Positions 14,301 to 25,683 of a stretch of 64,000 nt of DNA are shown here, piece by piece. The notes under the pieces are model-generated. The model had not been told where the DNA came from. It did no database searches and saw only the letters and a program-made list of their open reading frames with translations. Every line of letters begins with the position of its first letter. The stretch's first letter is position 1. The position numbers and the translations under genes are program-made. This DNA is from Saccostrea cucullata (lineage: Eukaryota). The stretch is taken from the NCBI RefSeq assembly GCF_032062105.1, contig NW_026923049.1, positions 1-64,000 of the forward strand, written 5' to 3'.

Positions 14301-17300
14301 TAGTAAATCTATGAAACTCTACAACCTCAAGGGTAAACTTCTGAAGCCAATCAAAACCAAGTCAAGGAACAAACCAAGTCACATAGCAGTGACAAGGAGT
14401 GGAGATCTAGTTTATACTGACCCTCATACAAGAACTGTAAATATAGTGAAGAATAAACAGATACAGGAAGTAATCAGACTTCAGGGATGGACACCTTACA
14501 ATTTCTGTAGTACCTCCTCTGGTGACCTCCTGGTTACCATGGTCAGTGATGATAATAAACAATCAAAAGTTGTCCGTTACTCTGGCTCCACAGAGAAAAA
14601 ATCCATTCAGTTTGATAGTGAAGGCAAACCTCTGTATTCATCTGGTGACCTTAAATACATCTGTGAGAACAGGAACCTGGATATCTGCGTGGCTGACAAT
14701 AGCGCCCGTGCAGTAGTGGTGGTCAATCAGGCAGGAAAACTCCGATTTAGATACACTGGTCATCCCTCTACTACCACAGGATCATATGATCCATACGGCA
14801 TCACAACAGACAGCCAGAGTCAAATCCTGACAGCAGACTGGGACAACCACTGTATCCACATCCTAGATCAGGACGGACAGTTCCTCCGTTACATTGATAA
14901 TTGTGATCTACAGTATCCATGGGGTTTATGTGTAGACAACAGTGATAACCTCTTTGTGGCGGAGAATACCACTGGTAAAGTGAAGAAAATCAAATACATG
15001 TAAACACTGCATTATGTCAAGAAATGACTGTAAATAAGATTTAGTTATGAACTAAGAGTTAAAAGTAGTTTGACTTAGGACTAATCAATTTATAAGTAGG
15101 ACATGCACCTTATACAATGTTTTGAATTTCTGTTGATTATAAGAGAAACACAGTTTAAGATACTATATTTACATTTACAATGTCTTTGTTCAAGATAAAA
15201 TTACAAATAGTGAATGTACTTTTTTTCCTTATCAATGTACTAGTTCATCGATAGGCGCAGTCAAAAAAAATCACGAGCAGGGCGGGACAAACAGAGACAG
15301 AAGCAGGACTTCTAGCACGTGGATTGGCGGAATCAAAAGCATATAAATATAAGGAAAAACTGTCTTAATTTTCAATTTCAAGACAATGATATATTGATTG
15401 GCTTGCGTGATAATTTTATGCATAAACTCCTATGGCTTTGCTTTGATTGACATCATGAAATCGAAAATAAGACAGTTAATTCTTAAATCAAATGTATACA
15501 GATATTATAAAAGATCAATATTCATGAAAATCAAGAGTGCATATAGTTTGGGTTTGTACTTAATATGATTAAAAAAAAATTCTCAAAATTTTAATATTGA
15601 TTTTATCTTATCTGTATATCTAGAAATGGTTTTAAGACGTAACATTTTCAAAAATGAATACATCCAAAATCCTGTTTATAAAATAAATATACTGTAGACG
15701 TACTTTTTTACGCATGGTATTAATTTACGCTATGTACGCGGTCACAAATAATCCGCGGAAATATGTCCAAGCGTACGTAATATAAATGTAAGGCATATAG
15801 TGACAGTCTAGAAAAGCTGCATAATTTTCTACCCTCGGATTAAACAGAAATTGGGATTCCGCAGAATTATGACCCCGTGAAAAAAATACGTCTACAGTAT
15901 ATTATTATAACAGTAACTTGATCCGAAGGGTCGTATCACGTCGAGTTGACAGGCACGGATCATCAGATCTAACGAGACGCGAAGCATCAAGTTTGATCTG
16001 ATGATCCGCGTCTGTCAACGAGACGTGATACATGTGTTTGGCTCTTTGGATCAAGTTACTGTTATAATAATAAATTTATTGTATACCCCCTTATAACGGC
16101 TAAATATATTAGAATAAACCTTTAGAGATCATACTAATCCATTCAACAAAGCATAATAACAAAGGACCTCTTAACGTGAAAGAAAAATAATATAATGTTT
16201 CTGCATACTACGTCATCAGTTTCAGAGAGTGGTGATATGGATTCAGAAAACCACGGTGCTGTGATCTGGAAAGTCGAATCACGATGTCGAGATTTTGTAA
16301 AACCAACCCTAGAACTGAGTGATACACATTATGTATATAATAAATGGTTTTATTATGTGATTGAATACTCCTAGTTCTCTGTCTGGCTGAGATTTAACAA
16401 ATGAATGTAGATAAAATACTGTATTTCCTATGTAGCTTGTATCAAGAGCTTTGATTGGTTACAGAGTCGGGTGTAAATATCCGTGCATCTGACTTGAGCC
16501 GGGGGTAAATAAAACGTCACAATGCCTAGTTTTTCTATGATGATAAAAAGCAAATGACATGGAAGTCACGATGCATTGTTAGTAGTATGTTGTAAATCTT
16601 ATCGATAGGTTGAGACACAGTTGATTCAGGGAGTTATGTTTACAAAGAATTTATTTGGGTACAAAGGAAATAAATTCGTTATCCAGGTCCGATCAAGTGT
16701 GTACAGAAATTTACCCCGAGTTGTATTCCATACACCCTTCGGCATACGGCCTCAGAGTGTATTGAAGAAAAACCCAGGGTAAATCCCCGTACACACTTGT
16801 TTGAACCTGGATAGCTTATATTACACCTGCACATGAATTACCTATAGAACATTATATTATTTATTGACTTTGTTCACTTCAAAGCTGTAAAATGTTTTCA
16901 CAGCAGTGCTAACTTCAAGGCATACATGAAAAAATAAACCCAACTATTAAAATAAATATAGTATACATGTACATGAATTGTGCACAAATATATAATTTTT
17001 TATTAAGCTTTTCTCCTCATCTGCTTGAAACTATAGTTAATTAATAATAATTATTTACCCGCTCTGTAATGAATTTAAATTGGTCACATTATTTGACAGC
17101 CAAATGATAAATGCATAAACAATAATCATGCTATGAGTAATATGTATTTCAACATATTACACAATCCCAGCATAATTTTCTAACCTTTACTCTTTACCCA
17201 TATGCCACGATTTGACCCACTGGCCATATCTTTAGAGTGTTTGCCTGGCTGCCCCTTAGAGCATTGTTTGAAACAATCTGTAAAATTAGCTAGACATGCA

Positions 17301-20300
17301 GGGCTGACTGCTAGTAAAAGTTGTTAGCCCTGCCAAAAATGTACTAGCCAGAAAAAATAATTGTCTTTTATAAGTTTGTTTTAGCAATAATGTGAATGGG
17401 GGCTGCTTACTTATACATGAATAACTTACTCTCTTAGATCTGGTAAATTTGGCACTACTGCGGATTTTCTGTAGAAGAGTTCTGTGAAGGGGAGATTTAT
17501 GGCTTTCTCTTCGAACAGGGGACTCAACTGAAATATTACAAAACTTGTTTAATATACAATTCAAGTTATCAATTTTAATTTGATACAAAGAGAAAGTTCA
17601 TGATCATTATCTGCCAGTGGACTTTTCTTTCTTTTCTCATGAAAATAATGACAAATAATGAACTCCCCTTTCTGTTTCTTTGATTTTATGAACAAGTGTG
17701 AGGATTGACTTACTTTGTTATAGTAAGGTAGATGGGGATTAAGATACAAAAAGTAGAAGTTGACTGCCTAAAATGAGAGCCTCGTTTCAAAATATAAAAC
17801 AAATAACAACACACCACTTGGGTTCCTTTCTTTGTGGAACTTGTGATAGAACTCGGAGAGGTAGCTGACCATGGTCAGTTTATCTGGACACGCGCAGGTG
17901 GACATTTCCTGACCGGTCATGACTGGACTGATTCCCAGCTCTGTGTGGGCCACGTCCAACGCCAGCTGGTTATTCTTAGCCACGTCAAGCGAGGACAAGG
18001 AGTTAAACTCTCTGAAAATGCAATAAGTAAACAGTCAATGGTTGTAAGAAGATACACTGCTATATTATCCAAAGGCTCATTCTACTTTATTGTAGGATCC
18101 GAAGTAAAAATATCAATAGAAAAAAGTTATGTTTGGAAAAAGGGTCAGGCAATCCAATCCCAACCCAGCACCATCCCAAACCCCTGACTCTATATGCCTG
18201 TTTCCCTGACTCTATATGCCTGTTTCCCTGACTCTATATGCCTGTTTCCCTGACTCTATATGCCTGTTTCCCTGACTCTATATGCCTGTTTCCCTGACTC
18301 TATATGCCTGTTTCTCTGACTCTATATATGCCTGTTTCCCTGACTCTATATGCCTGTTTCCCTGACTCTATATGCCTGTTTCCCTGACTCTATATGCCTG
18401 TTTCCCTGACTCTATATATGCCTGTTTCCCTAACTCTATATGCCTGTTTCCCTGACTCTATATGCCTGTTTCCCTGACTCTATATGCCTGTTTCCCTGAC
18501 TCTATATGCCTGTTTCCCTGACTCTATATGCCTGTTTCCCTGACTCTATATGCCTGTTTCCCTGACTCTATATGCCTGTTTCCCTGACTCTATATATGCC
18601 TGTTTTCCTGACTCTATATGCCTGTTTCCCTGACTCTATATGCCTGTTTCCCTGACTCTATATGCCTGTTTCCCTGACTCTATATGCCTGTTTCCCTGAC
18701 TCTATATGCCTGTTTCCCTGACTCTATATGCCTGTTTCCCTGACTCTATATATGCCTGTTTCCCTGACTCTATATGCCTGTTTCCCTGACTCTATATGTC
18801 TGTTTCCCTGACTTTATATATGCCTGTTTCCCTGACTCTATATGCCTGTTTCCCTGACTCTATATGCCTGTTTCCCTGACTCTATGCCTGTTTCCCTGAC
18901 TCTATATGCCTGTTTTCCGTCTGCAGTCATATATCATACAGGGGCAAGTTAACAGGGGGAATTTAGTTTGAAGTCGGTATTAAAGTTCATGTTCTGTATC
19001 TTTTTATTGACAAACATGCAGGAGACATGAATAAGATGTTACAGTAACAATAATATTTTGTTCTTGAAGACTTACATAAGACTAGGTTTAAAGGTGTGTA
19101 TTAAGACTTACATAAGACTAGGTTTAAAGGTGTGTATTAAGACTTACATAAGACTAGGTTTAAAGTTGTGTATTAAGACTTACATCAGACTCGGTTTAAA
19201 GGTGTGTATTAAGGCACACAGAGCAAGTCCACTTCTCCAAGACGTAGTCAGATCAATTATGTGCACGTTACGGAACTTGTTATTTAGGACTCGCTGGCAC
19301 CAGTGTAATAATGTATAGCTGTCTATCAGCTCCTCTGGAATACAAAATTAATCACTTATGCTACCTAATATCTACAAACTTTGAAAATGTCAGACCACAA
19401 AAGAACCAATCATAAATGAGTATGAAAAATATTAAACAGCATTTTTTTTGCTACACATTGAGAATGGGTCAAGTACCAATTCACTGGGGGAAAAGTGTTG
19501 AAATAGGACAAAGGGGAATTCTCTAATGTAAATAAACATTTACCACTTCTTGGACGTTTGGCTGGAAGATCGAGGATTTCATCTTCATATGATCGATCAC
19601 CACAGTCGTACAGATGTCTCACTTGTTCAACACGGAGTAACTTTGTATTGAGGTTGGGGTACCTAATGATCAAGATAAGCAGAATGAACACAATGAAGTC
19701 AATACTTGAAAAAAAAATAGGCTTCTGTGGGTGAACATTCAATGGTATTTAACTTTTACAGAATGAAAACAGATAAGCTGAATTCAACAAAAACAAAGTA
19801 TCTATTTTTAATATTGTGCACTGTGTAGGAGAACATTTAAAATTTTCTGGGGGGGGGGGGGGGGGGGGAGAATATTTTAGAATTTTTGAACTAAAATACT
19901 AAATAAATAAATAAAAAATCTGCAAAAGAGGAAAGTAAATTTATTTCTGTGCCTGGTTTGTCACTGATATTCCATATCCAATCTTACCTTGTGTTTGGGT
20001 CGATTGTGTATTCACTGTGATTCTTGCTGAGGTTTTCAGGCGTAGTCTGTGACAGAAGCTGGTATATGCTCTCTCTCTCGGCTATGACCTGGAGTGGTGT
20101 CATTTTCCCCGAGGCCCAGCTACGGATCATCCAGGCAGCATCAAATCCGCCCAGAAATCCGCGAGCACAGCCCGAGCCTGTGGGCCAAAATGGCTGAAAA
20201 AAAAAGAATTTTTAATAAGTTTGTAAATTTTGTATGAAATACACAGAAATTATCTTGCATGATTTACTTCCATTTAAATAATTTTGCTAGACAAATTTTT

Positions 20301-23300
20301 TGGTAGGTTTCTTTACAAACAAATTCTTAATGAATTTAATCAGTTGAGGCTTTTTTAATGCATGCATACCTTTAAGTAAAATGTTAAAATATTCATGATA
20401 GAAAAAAGCAGAAAATTGAAAAATACAGTACATGCACTTAAAGACATTTAATTATATCATTTTGGTCATTTTCATTTCATTCCCTGTAATACATTGTACA
20501 TGTACTTCCAACGAAAACATACTCATTGGAAATTTGTTGTTTTCCCTTCCACTGCATAATACTTGATGAATGCTCTACCAGATTTATCTAATTTAATTAT
20601 AACTCACAAAAAAGTATAATTTTTGTCTCACTTCATTTCTGATATCTATGAATAGAGAAGCACTTCTCTAGCGAAGACAGTTACAAAACTACAAAGAAAC
20701 AATAAAAAAAAATTACCTCTAACAAACTGTCCCCAACGAGTCCAATTAAAAGCTTGTGGCCATTTCTATCCACAACTCTAGATGCATTCATAGCCGCAAA
20801 CATGGAGGTAAAATCAAACATGGCTACATCAGGTTGCCCGTAATGATTAATCGCGTACTCTAAGTTCGGCAAAGCAAAGTTTGTGGAGAAATTTGCCGCC
20901 TCTTTTGCGTAATCCAGTAATGCGTCCCTGTCAATATTATCCGGCGACAACAAGAGAGCTGTATCTGTCCTATCCTCGCGTAACACACCTTTGTCCAGTA
21001 AACTGTTCTTTTTAGCCGTCATCACAAAGTAGTGCGTGTCGTCTTTGTAATACACAATATTCTCCAGATTGATCCCTGTTTTCTCGTTCAGGTCCTTGAA
21101 GAACTTCTGGTTGAAGATGAAAGCCACGCCGCTAATTTCCTCCACTTTGGCCTCCTCTGTCGTGTTGCGGTTGATAAAGTTGGCCGTTATTGCTATGGCT
21201 AATTTCCCACGGAACTCCTTCCTTCTAAAACCTATAAACATTCCAAGATTTATGATTGTGTACAAACATGAGATTACAGCACATTAAAATTAAGTAATTA
21301 TCATCTTACTTAAAGGCTATCACGGTTCCAAAATTTTTCAGGTCATTTCAGTAACTTTTTTTAATTGTTCTGCTCTTAGTAGTACATGTATATCTATGAA
21401 ATTTTAATTTCAATACATGAATTAAGCTTAAAAAAATAATTCTTACAATAAATTTATGATTAAATCTAGTCTTAATTTTGCCACCTCCAGATCATGGGTG
21501 ATTAGCACTACTAGAATGACTATGAAAAATTGGAATTGAACATTTTACTCTGGTTTATGTTTATTCTGAGGATTCTAATACAGTCTTTCTCTAACTTAAT
21601 ACAGAAGCAAAAGTAAATGTAGTGAAAATATGATCTGAAACTTCCAGGTACTTGCCCTGTAGGGTGTTTCGTTTTCCATCAGCACCAATCAACACATCAA
21701 ATTCATACTCTGACACTACATGGTCACTCGGAGTACAGGCACACCGCCAGCCTACTGCAAAGTACATCAAATTTATATTATCAGGGTATATTCTGAATGC
21801 TTTGTAGTCAATATGTTATTTGATAAAATATCTCTAGGAGCTGGACAATTTATCAAAATTCAGACTTATTTCTCTTGGTTTGTTATTATTTTTAATTTAT
21901 TACAAGTACATTTATATCAATGTTATTTTTTAAACAACCATTGACAATAAAAAAATAAATAATATTAATATTAGCAGAACTTTTGAGAAAGATTTGGTTT
22001 TTCAAAAGATATCATACAATTTCAATGAAAGAAATGTAAGATATAATTTTAAATTGTAGAGAAATATATACTATCATTCCAATAACAGCGTGTCACTTCG
22101 CTTAACCGAGCGTGATTAAGTTCCACATGTTGATTACCATATTACTCATCGATTGGATGTTTGATTTCAATGAAAGCTACACTTCTTTGCATATGAAATA
22201 CTGAACCCAGCAATACCACTTACAATACTGACCAATCGTATTGAAATGATTGTTCACGAGAATGCAGTAAACAATAATCACATGTGGACAGGCAAAGCGA
22301 GTTTTCAACCTTGTAATGATGGAATTGATCGCTATATACAATATAATATAAATATTATAATAGTTCCAAAGTATAGCCTTACTTATTTCATGTTTTAAAT
22401 ACATGTATTCTCATTCGTATCAAAATTAACTCTATTCGGAAAAATCACAAGGAATATGGCACGTGCTTTTTCCCGGACAGTAAACGGGCTTTGACTGACC
22501 ACGTGTTGCCGGTGACTACAAATGCCGAGCAATCATTAAATACGATTGGTCAGTGTTATCGGTGTATTGTTGGATTCTGTTTTTTATATGCAAAGTAGTA
22601 TTGATTTCATTCAAACCAAACATCCAATCGATGAATGATATGGTAATCAATTTGTGAAATTTTTACCACGGTCGATCAAGCAAAGTGACACGCTGTTATT
22701 GGAATGATAGTAATTGCTCATTTTAATACAAATCAAAATGAAAACTTTATGATCTATTAAAAAGTTTTATATATTATGTATTACATATGGCTGAAATCTA
22801 AAGTAACAGCATGTTTTGTGCATAATTTTTACCATGATTACAGATACTGTAAAATCACATATTTTCAAGGGGTCAAGCAAATGAAATTTTACATTTCAAG
22901 GTGGTCATAAATTTGTGGGTCTCTCAATTCCTCAAAAACAACGATAATGAAACCCCCATGAAAGTGAGTGATTTCACACCGAGTACATAATTGTTATAGG
23001 CATTTATGTTAATTTACCACCAGGCTTCTCATCCGAGGGTTCAATCAATCCATCGAAACTAACGTTGACGTGAATTTCCACTCCGACCAGTAGCGCCACC
23101 TTCATCAGTATACACTGTAACTGTCGAATGCCTGAAATAACCAGAGGTCTCTGCATGATGATATTGAATCTCTACTGGCAAGAATTTACAATAGCACACA
23201 AAAGAATATTGTCTACTTTCATTTACCATTCAAATAACTTTAAATAAATATTTGCAAAGAGTACAACTTGAACAACTGCATTCTAAAATTACTTTTTTAG

Positions 23301-24558
23301 AAACATCTCCTGTGGAATGCTGATATCAATTAAAATATTTTTCTTGGATGAATTACATGTGTTTTCCTCAAATTTTTAAATAATTTGCTTAACATAGAAA
23401 ATGCACAAAATTTTGTGCAGCTAGTTTTTAATAAGGTACGTATGACGAATATGAAAAAAACAGAAAACTCTAATTTTCCTTATGATACAAATGTATAAAT
23501 AGTATATACATGGTATATGATCTTCCTTATTTTCTTGAGTAAAACAACATGTACATGATGTATAACTTAGGTTATAAGGAGAGATAAAGGAAATGAAAAC
23601 GGAAAGTTCTTCATGTCTAGCTATCTATGTACATTTTACATCTAGATCACAAGAAATCTAATTAAGTAATATTAAAAAACATGTCAAGTGCAAAATTATG
23701 CTGCACATTTCACAGTTATGTTTTTTTCCCCCCCAGTCTTGATATATTTTCAACACCTACAAAAGTGCACAGAATGTGCCATAAATTCTTCAACTCACTT
23801 ATATGGTCAATAGCACCAGCACAAAATTTTCCAAAAAACTTTTTGGCCCCCAGGTTTTTTAGGTCCGTGATGAGGTAGGGCCAGAGATGTAGGACATTGT
23901 TCCGTGAGAAACTGTCTCTCTTCTCCACCAGAACCACCTTACAACCAAGGAAAGCGGCCTCTATAGCGGTCCTCAGGCCGCAAGGACCGGACCCAATCAC
24001 CAGGACCTGTAATGTACAAATTTGGATTTACAAATAAATTTCTTGATAAACAATCCTTCATCAAATCCTATTCAAGTTTACAACAAAAGCATTGTATTTA
24101 ATTCTTTAAATAAAAAATTCCCACCCACCCCTTTCTTGCAGTGCATCAGTTTTGAACACAGTCTGAGTTACTCTTGTGTTTACAAAATGACCCCCCCCCC
24201 CCTTTCCTGTAATGAGATGGCCATAACCCTTGTTCAACTTACTTAGAGTTAGTACAGGCCTCCCTTTTCTTGTAGTGGGTCAGTTGTGACCCTTTATCTA
24301 ACTTACCCTGGTGTTGGCACAGGCCTCTCCTTTCTTGTACTCTTTCTGCGCCATTCTCTTGTTCAACTTCACCCACACGGTCTGGGCCTTCCATGACGTC
24401 AGCTGGCTACTCAGGCGACGGTAGAACAGTCGATGGTTGGTGTGTTTTAGTTCTAGGACCTCACAGAGCTGATGGAACGAGCTGAGAATGGACTTACAGG
24501 TTCCAGCCTTGAGGAAGCTGTCGAAAATGTAGTCGGCACTTCCACCGTGAGTACCCAT
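2193..24558 (-). CDS. MICAL: MICAL F-actin monooxygenase (MICAL2/3-like), spliced gene span; 17 coding exons, 987 aa to the stop at 2193
   Basis: Exons join with consistent phases (2964 nt in total). Translation shows FAD motifs [18 protein letters not shown] and [12 protein letters not shown], a CH domain (LLHWCQ...[13 protein letters not shown]...[14 protein letters not shown]), a LIM domain (CYFCKKRVY...[11 protein letters not shown]...YCFRH) and the conserved TPERIEFEN...EHNL block. Confidence 0.95.
5195..5399 (-). CDS. MICAL: MICAL exon (TPERIEFEN...EELTEHNL...DSDL)
   Basis: ttttgcag acceptor, GA|GTAAGT donor; conserved post-LIM MICAL motif. Confidence 0.9.
6162..6537. mobile_element. 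MITE with 14-bp TIR CAGGGATTTTCCAC
   Basis: Perfect TIRs; GTATG on both flanks. Confidence 0.75.
7351..7380 (-). CDS. MICAL: Candidate 30-nt MICAL cassette microexon ([10 protein letters not shown])
   Basis: ttttcag|30 nt|GTAAGT, symmetric phase 1, no stop. Confidence 0.55.
8317..8398 (-). CDS. MICAL: MICAL exon (ENIPKI...KKIP)
   Basis: tttaag acceptor, CAG|GTATGG donor, phase 0 to 1. Confidence 0.75.
8556..8644 (-). CDS. MICAL: MICAL exon, end of LIM (VKFYCFRH...[11 protein letters not shown])
   Basis: cacag acceptor, GTAATA donor. Confidence 0.88.
8700..9302. repeat. 45-bp minisatellite (gaacttacaatgatcttctaagagagatgttgtggaccttaatat), ~13 copies
   Basis: Direct tandem copies. Confidence 0.95.
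9339..9531 (-). CDS. MICAL: MICAL exon, LIM domain
   Basis: [31 protein letters not shown]; ccttag acceptor, GTAAGT donor. Confidence 0.92.
9744..9944 (-). CDS. MICAL: MICAL exon (HNGDV...[14 protein letters not shown]...KQKV)
   Basis: tttcag acceptor; 201 nt; resembles the conserved KVKxMAxQLxAKF segment. Confidence 0.8.
10096..11534 (+). mobile_element. Non-autonomous Helentron (HINE) with 147-bp internal tandem array
   Basis: Subterminal IR agctcacctcaacgaa (10121) / ttcgttgaggtgagct (~11514-11529), GACGCC-like microsatellite remnant, A-rich ends; period 147 (10715 to 10862). Confidence 0.8.
11948..12025 (-). CDS. MICAL: MICAL exon (NSKREEEK...EEIKQ)
   Basis: ttcttgtag acceptor, CAG|GTGAAT donor, 78 nt, phase 0. 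Confidence 0.8.
12669..12816. mobile_element. Fold-back hairpin of a probable Crypton-like non-autonomous element
   Basis: gatgcctgttttgaagggtaacagttaa ... ttaactgttaccctccaaaacaggcatc inverted arms; family label is from resemblance only. Confidence 0.55.
13375..15003 (+). CDS. RING-less TRIM-like protein: two B-boxes, coiled coil, NHL-like beta-propeller (542 aa); nested antisense in MICAL intron 12026-17429
   Basis: CDLC...[13 protein letters not shown]...H and CPKH...[13 protein letters not shown]...H..H B-boxes; NHL repeats ([23 protein letters not shown]); splice acceptor ttgcag at 13353 just before the ATG. Confidence 0.92.
   Translation: MDPRYSGQDILRCDLCVTNAVQSHCELCHVNLCKACVGEHLSDFIKKHRVISYIERTSMPTYPTCPKHSKNCELYCEECDIPVCSTCISSGNHKGHHLSDVLQKLISKTRDMEKDLKELETKIFPKYEEIASSMKTKKDNLETHYTKLTTAVTKHGEDWHREINIIVNKQKSDIDDMKTKHLAALNKEENEIKHITAEVNQCILDLKKMLDANDVSLTSAYKSRNAELRHLPPDLNVSFPTFSTHQINKEKLHQMFGSLSSLSITREECGNTIKPLLDDPEFITTIDTGYKLLYSVSCPSDVEIWTCGDSKSMKLYNLKGKLLKPIKTKSRNKPSHIAVTRSGDLVYTDPHTRTVNIVKNKQIQEVIRLQGWTPYNFCSTSSGDLLVTMVSDDNKQSKVVRYSGSTEKKSIQFDSEGKPLYSSGDLKYICENRNLDICVADNSARAVVVVNQAGKLRFRYTGHPSTTTGSYDPYGITTDSQSQILTADWDNHCIHILDQDGQFLRYIDNCDLQYPWGLCVDNSDNLFVAENTTGKVKKIKYM
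15350..15486. mobile_element. Small MITE-like inverted repeat
   Basis: aactgtcttaattttcaatttca / tgaaatcgaaaataagacagtt. Confidence 0.5.
15692..15897. mobile_element. Tc1/mariner-type MITE
   Basis: TA-CTGTAGACGTA ... TACGTCTACAG-TA. Confidence 0.8.
15902..16072. mobile_element. Fold-back hairpin with central GCGAAGC (Crypton-like non-autonomous element)
   Basis: ttattataacagtaacttgatcc ... ggatcaagttactgttataataa; GCGAAGC at 15979-15985. Confidence 0.65.
16678..16815. mobile_element. Fold-back hairpin element
   Basis: tatccaggt..caagtgtgtac ... gtacacacttg..acctggata. Confidence 0.55.
17430..17527 (-). CDS. MICAL: MICAL exon (VESPVRR...RSKR)
   Basis: tttcag acceptor, GTAAGT donor, phase 1 to 0. 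Confidence 0.8.
17815..18011 (-). CDS. MICAL: MICAL exon, CH domain C-half
   Basis: tttcag acceptor; [17 protein letters not shown]...[10 protein letters not shown]; donor G|GTGTGT fits the phase. Confidence 0.85.
18182..18915. repeat. 22-bp minisatellite (ccctgactctatatgcctgttt), ~33 copies
   Basis: Near-perfect tandem copies with occasional TA slippage. Confidence 0.97.
19067..19213. repeat. 36-bp tandem repeat x4 made of the CH exon end plus its splice donor
   Basis: acttac at 19070, 19106, 19142 and 19178. Confidence 0.9.
19184..19334 (-). CDS. MICAL: MICAL exon, CH domain N-half
   Basis: ttccag acceptor; LLHWCQ...[18 protein letters not shown]; GTAAGT donor. Confidence 0.9.
19544..19662 (-). 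CDS. MICAL: MICAL exon (RYPNLN...RPRS)
   Basis: Phase 2 to 1; ttag acceptor and GTAAAT donor. Confidence 0.9.
19988..20193 (-). CDS. MICAL: MICAL exon ([14 protein letters not shown]...YTIDPNT)
   Basis: tttcag acceptor, AG|GTAAGA donor. Confidence 0.95.
20717..21231 (-). CDS. MICAL: MICAL exon ([10 protein letters not shown]...GDSLLE)
   Basis: Core of ORF 20681..21265; ttatag acceptor, GAG|GTAATT donor. Confidence 0.95.
21656..21754 (-). CDS. MICAL: MICAL exon (GWRC...[14 protein letters not shown])
   Basis: ttgcag acceptor; best donor is GC (CAGG|GCAAGT); DG motif. Confidence 0.85.
22071..22710. mobile_element. MITE with ~185-bp imperfect TIRs and TA TSD
   Basis: TA-CTATCATTCCAATAACAGCGTGTCAC ... 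GTGACACGCTGTTATTGGAATGATAG-TA. Confidence 0.85.
23018..23131 (-). CDS. MICAL: MICAL exon ([15 protein letters not shown]...EKPG)
   Basis: tttcag acceptor, GTAAAT donor, conserved SIRQLQ. Confidence 0.9.
23799..24006 (-). CDS. MICAL: MICAL exon ([10 protein letters not shown]...GAIDHI)
   Basis: tacag acceptor, GTGAGT donor, GxGxxG FAD motif. Confidence 0.95.
24307..24558 (-). CDS. MICAL: MICAL coding exon 1 (MGTHGG...ANTR)
   Basis: ATG at 24558; donor AGG|GTAAGT; phase 0. Confidence 0.9.
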
Positions 24559-25683
24559 CACTCTCTCATCCTTGTCTGTTTCTCATGAATGATCACGAAG
24601 CATTACAACTTCTATAGTAAAAAATAATGTGTACTGTTATAAACAACCTTCGGCTCAGGTGAGCTAAAAATTACAAACAATGATTTAATGCAATCTCATT
24701 CATGCTATACAAAACTATCATTTGGGTCCTCAGTCAACAAGATTTTGTAAATGACGTCATATTTTTGTCACTTGTACAGCTCAGATTTTGATGGGAAAAT
24801 CTGAGAAATATGGCACCTCAATTTAAATGCATGGGAGCCTGGAAAGTTTCAACTATAACTTTTTTTCTCTTTGATGAATGATACCCAGTAAACGCAGGCT
24901 AAAGGAGTTTACTCAATACTGTTATAAGCAGAATGTAAAACAACATGCATTTGAGAAAGTGTGCAGAATTGCTTAAAAATAAACCATGTTTGCCCTTCCA
25001 TAGTTTCATCATCAAACATATTAACATATTCATAAATTCATTTATTAATGAATTAATCATTATTCACCACTGCTATTTTTTCTCTCTCTCTCTCTTTTGA
25101 TGGATTTTTTAAGCCCAGAAACTCAGAATTATAATTATATTGCATTACAGTTAAAACTCCTTTTATATAGCCATGTGAACTTATGTTTGCCTTTCAAGAA
25201 AAAGAATATTATTCAAGACCAAAAAAAAAAAAGATATCTGTGTGCTAATTAAACTGTTGCATTCTGCTATTTACATTTTATATATGCTACCATCAGATCT
25301 TTTTTAATAAATGCATTATTTTAAAGAAGAAAAAATAGTGAAATACATACATTATGTACACAGGTGTACCACAGTACATACCTGTATAAACAATGAAAAT
25401 ATATTTTTTTTTGTTCAGCATGTCCGGATGTTTTGAATCAACGTATCATAAGAATCCATTTATTCGAAATGTAATGAATTCCTAGTGGTACATATTGGTA
25501 CATGACATATTTAACGTGAGTGACTAATCATGTGATAATCAGGAAAAGCAAAAGATACTAGAGATAATTAGACATCGTTCAACTGGCTCTTCCGTGAGTC
25601 ATAGTTCAACAAAGACAATCCAAGAGAAATTATTATTCTGTGTTTCATTTTGAATAAACTATAGTTTCACGTAAACAACCTAC

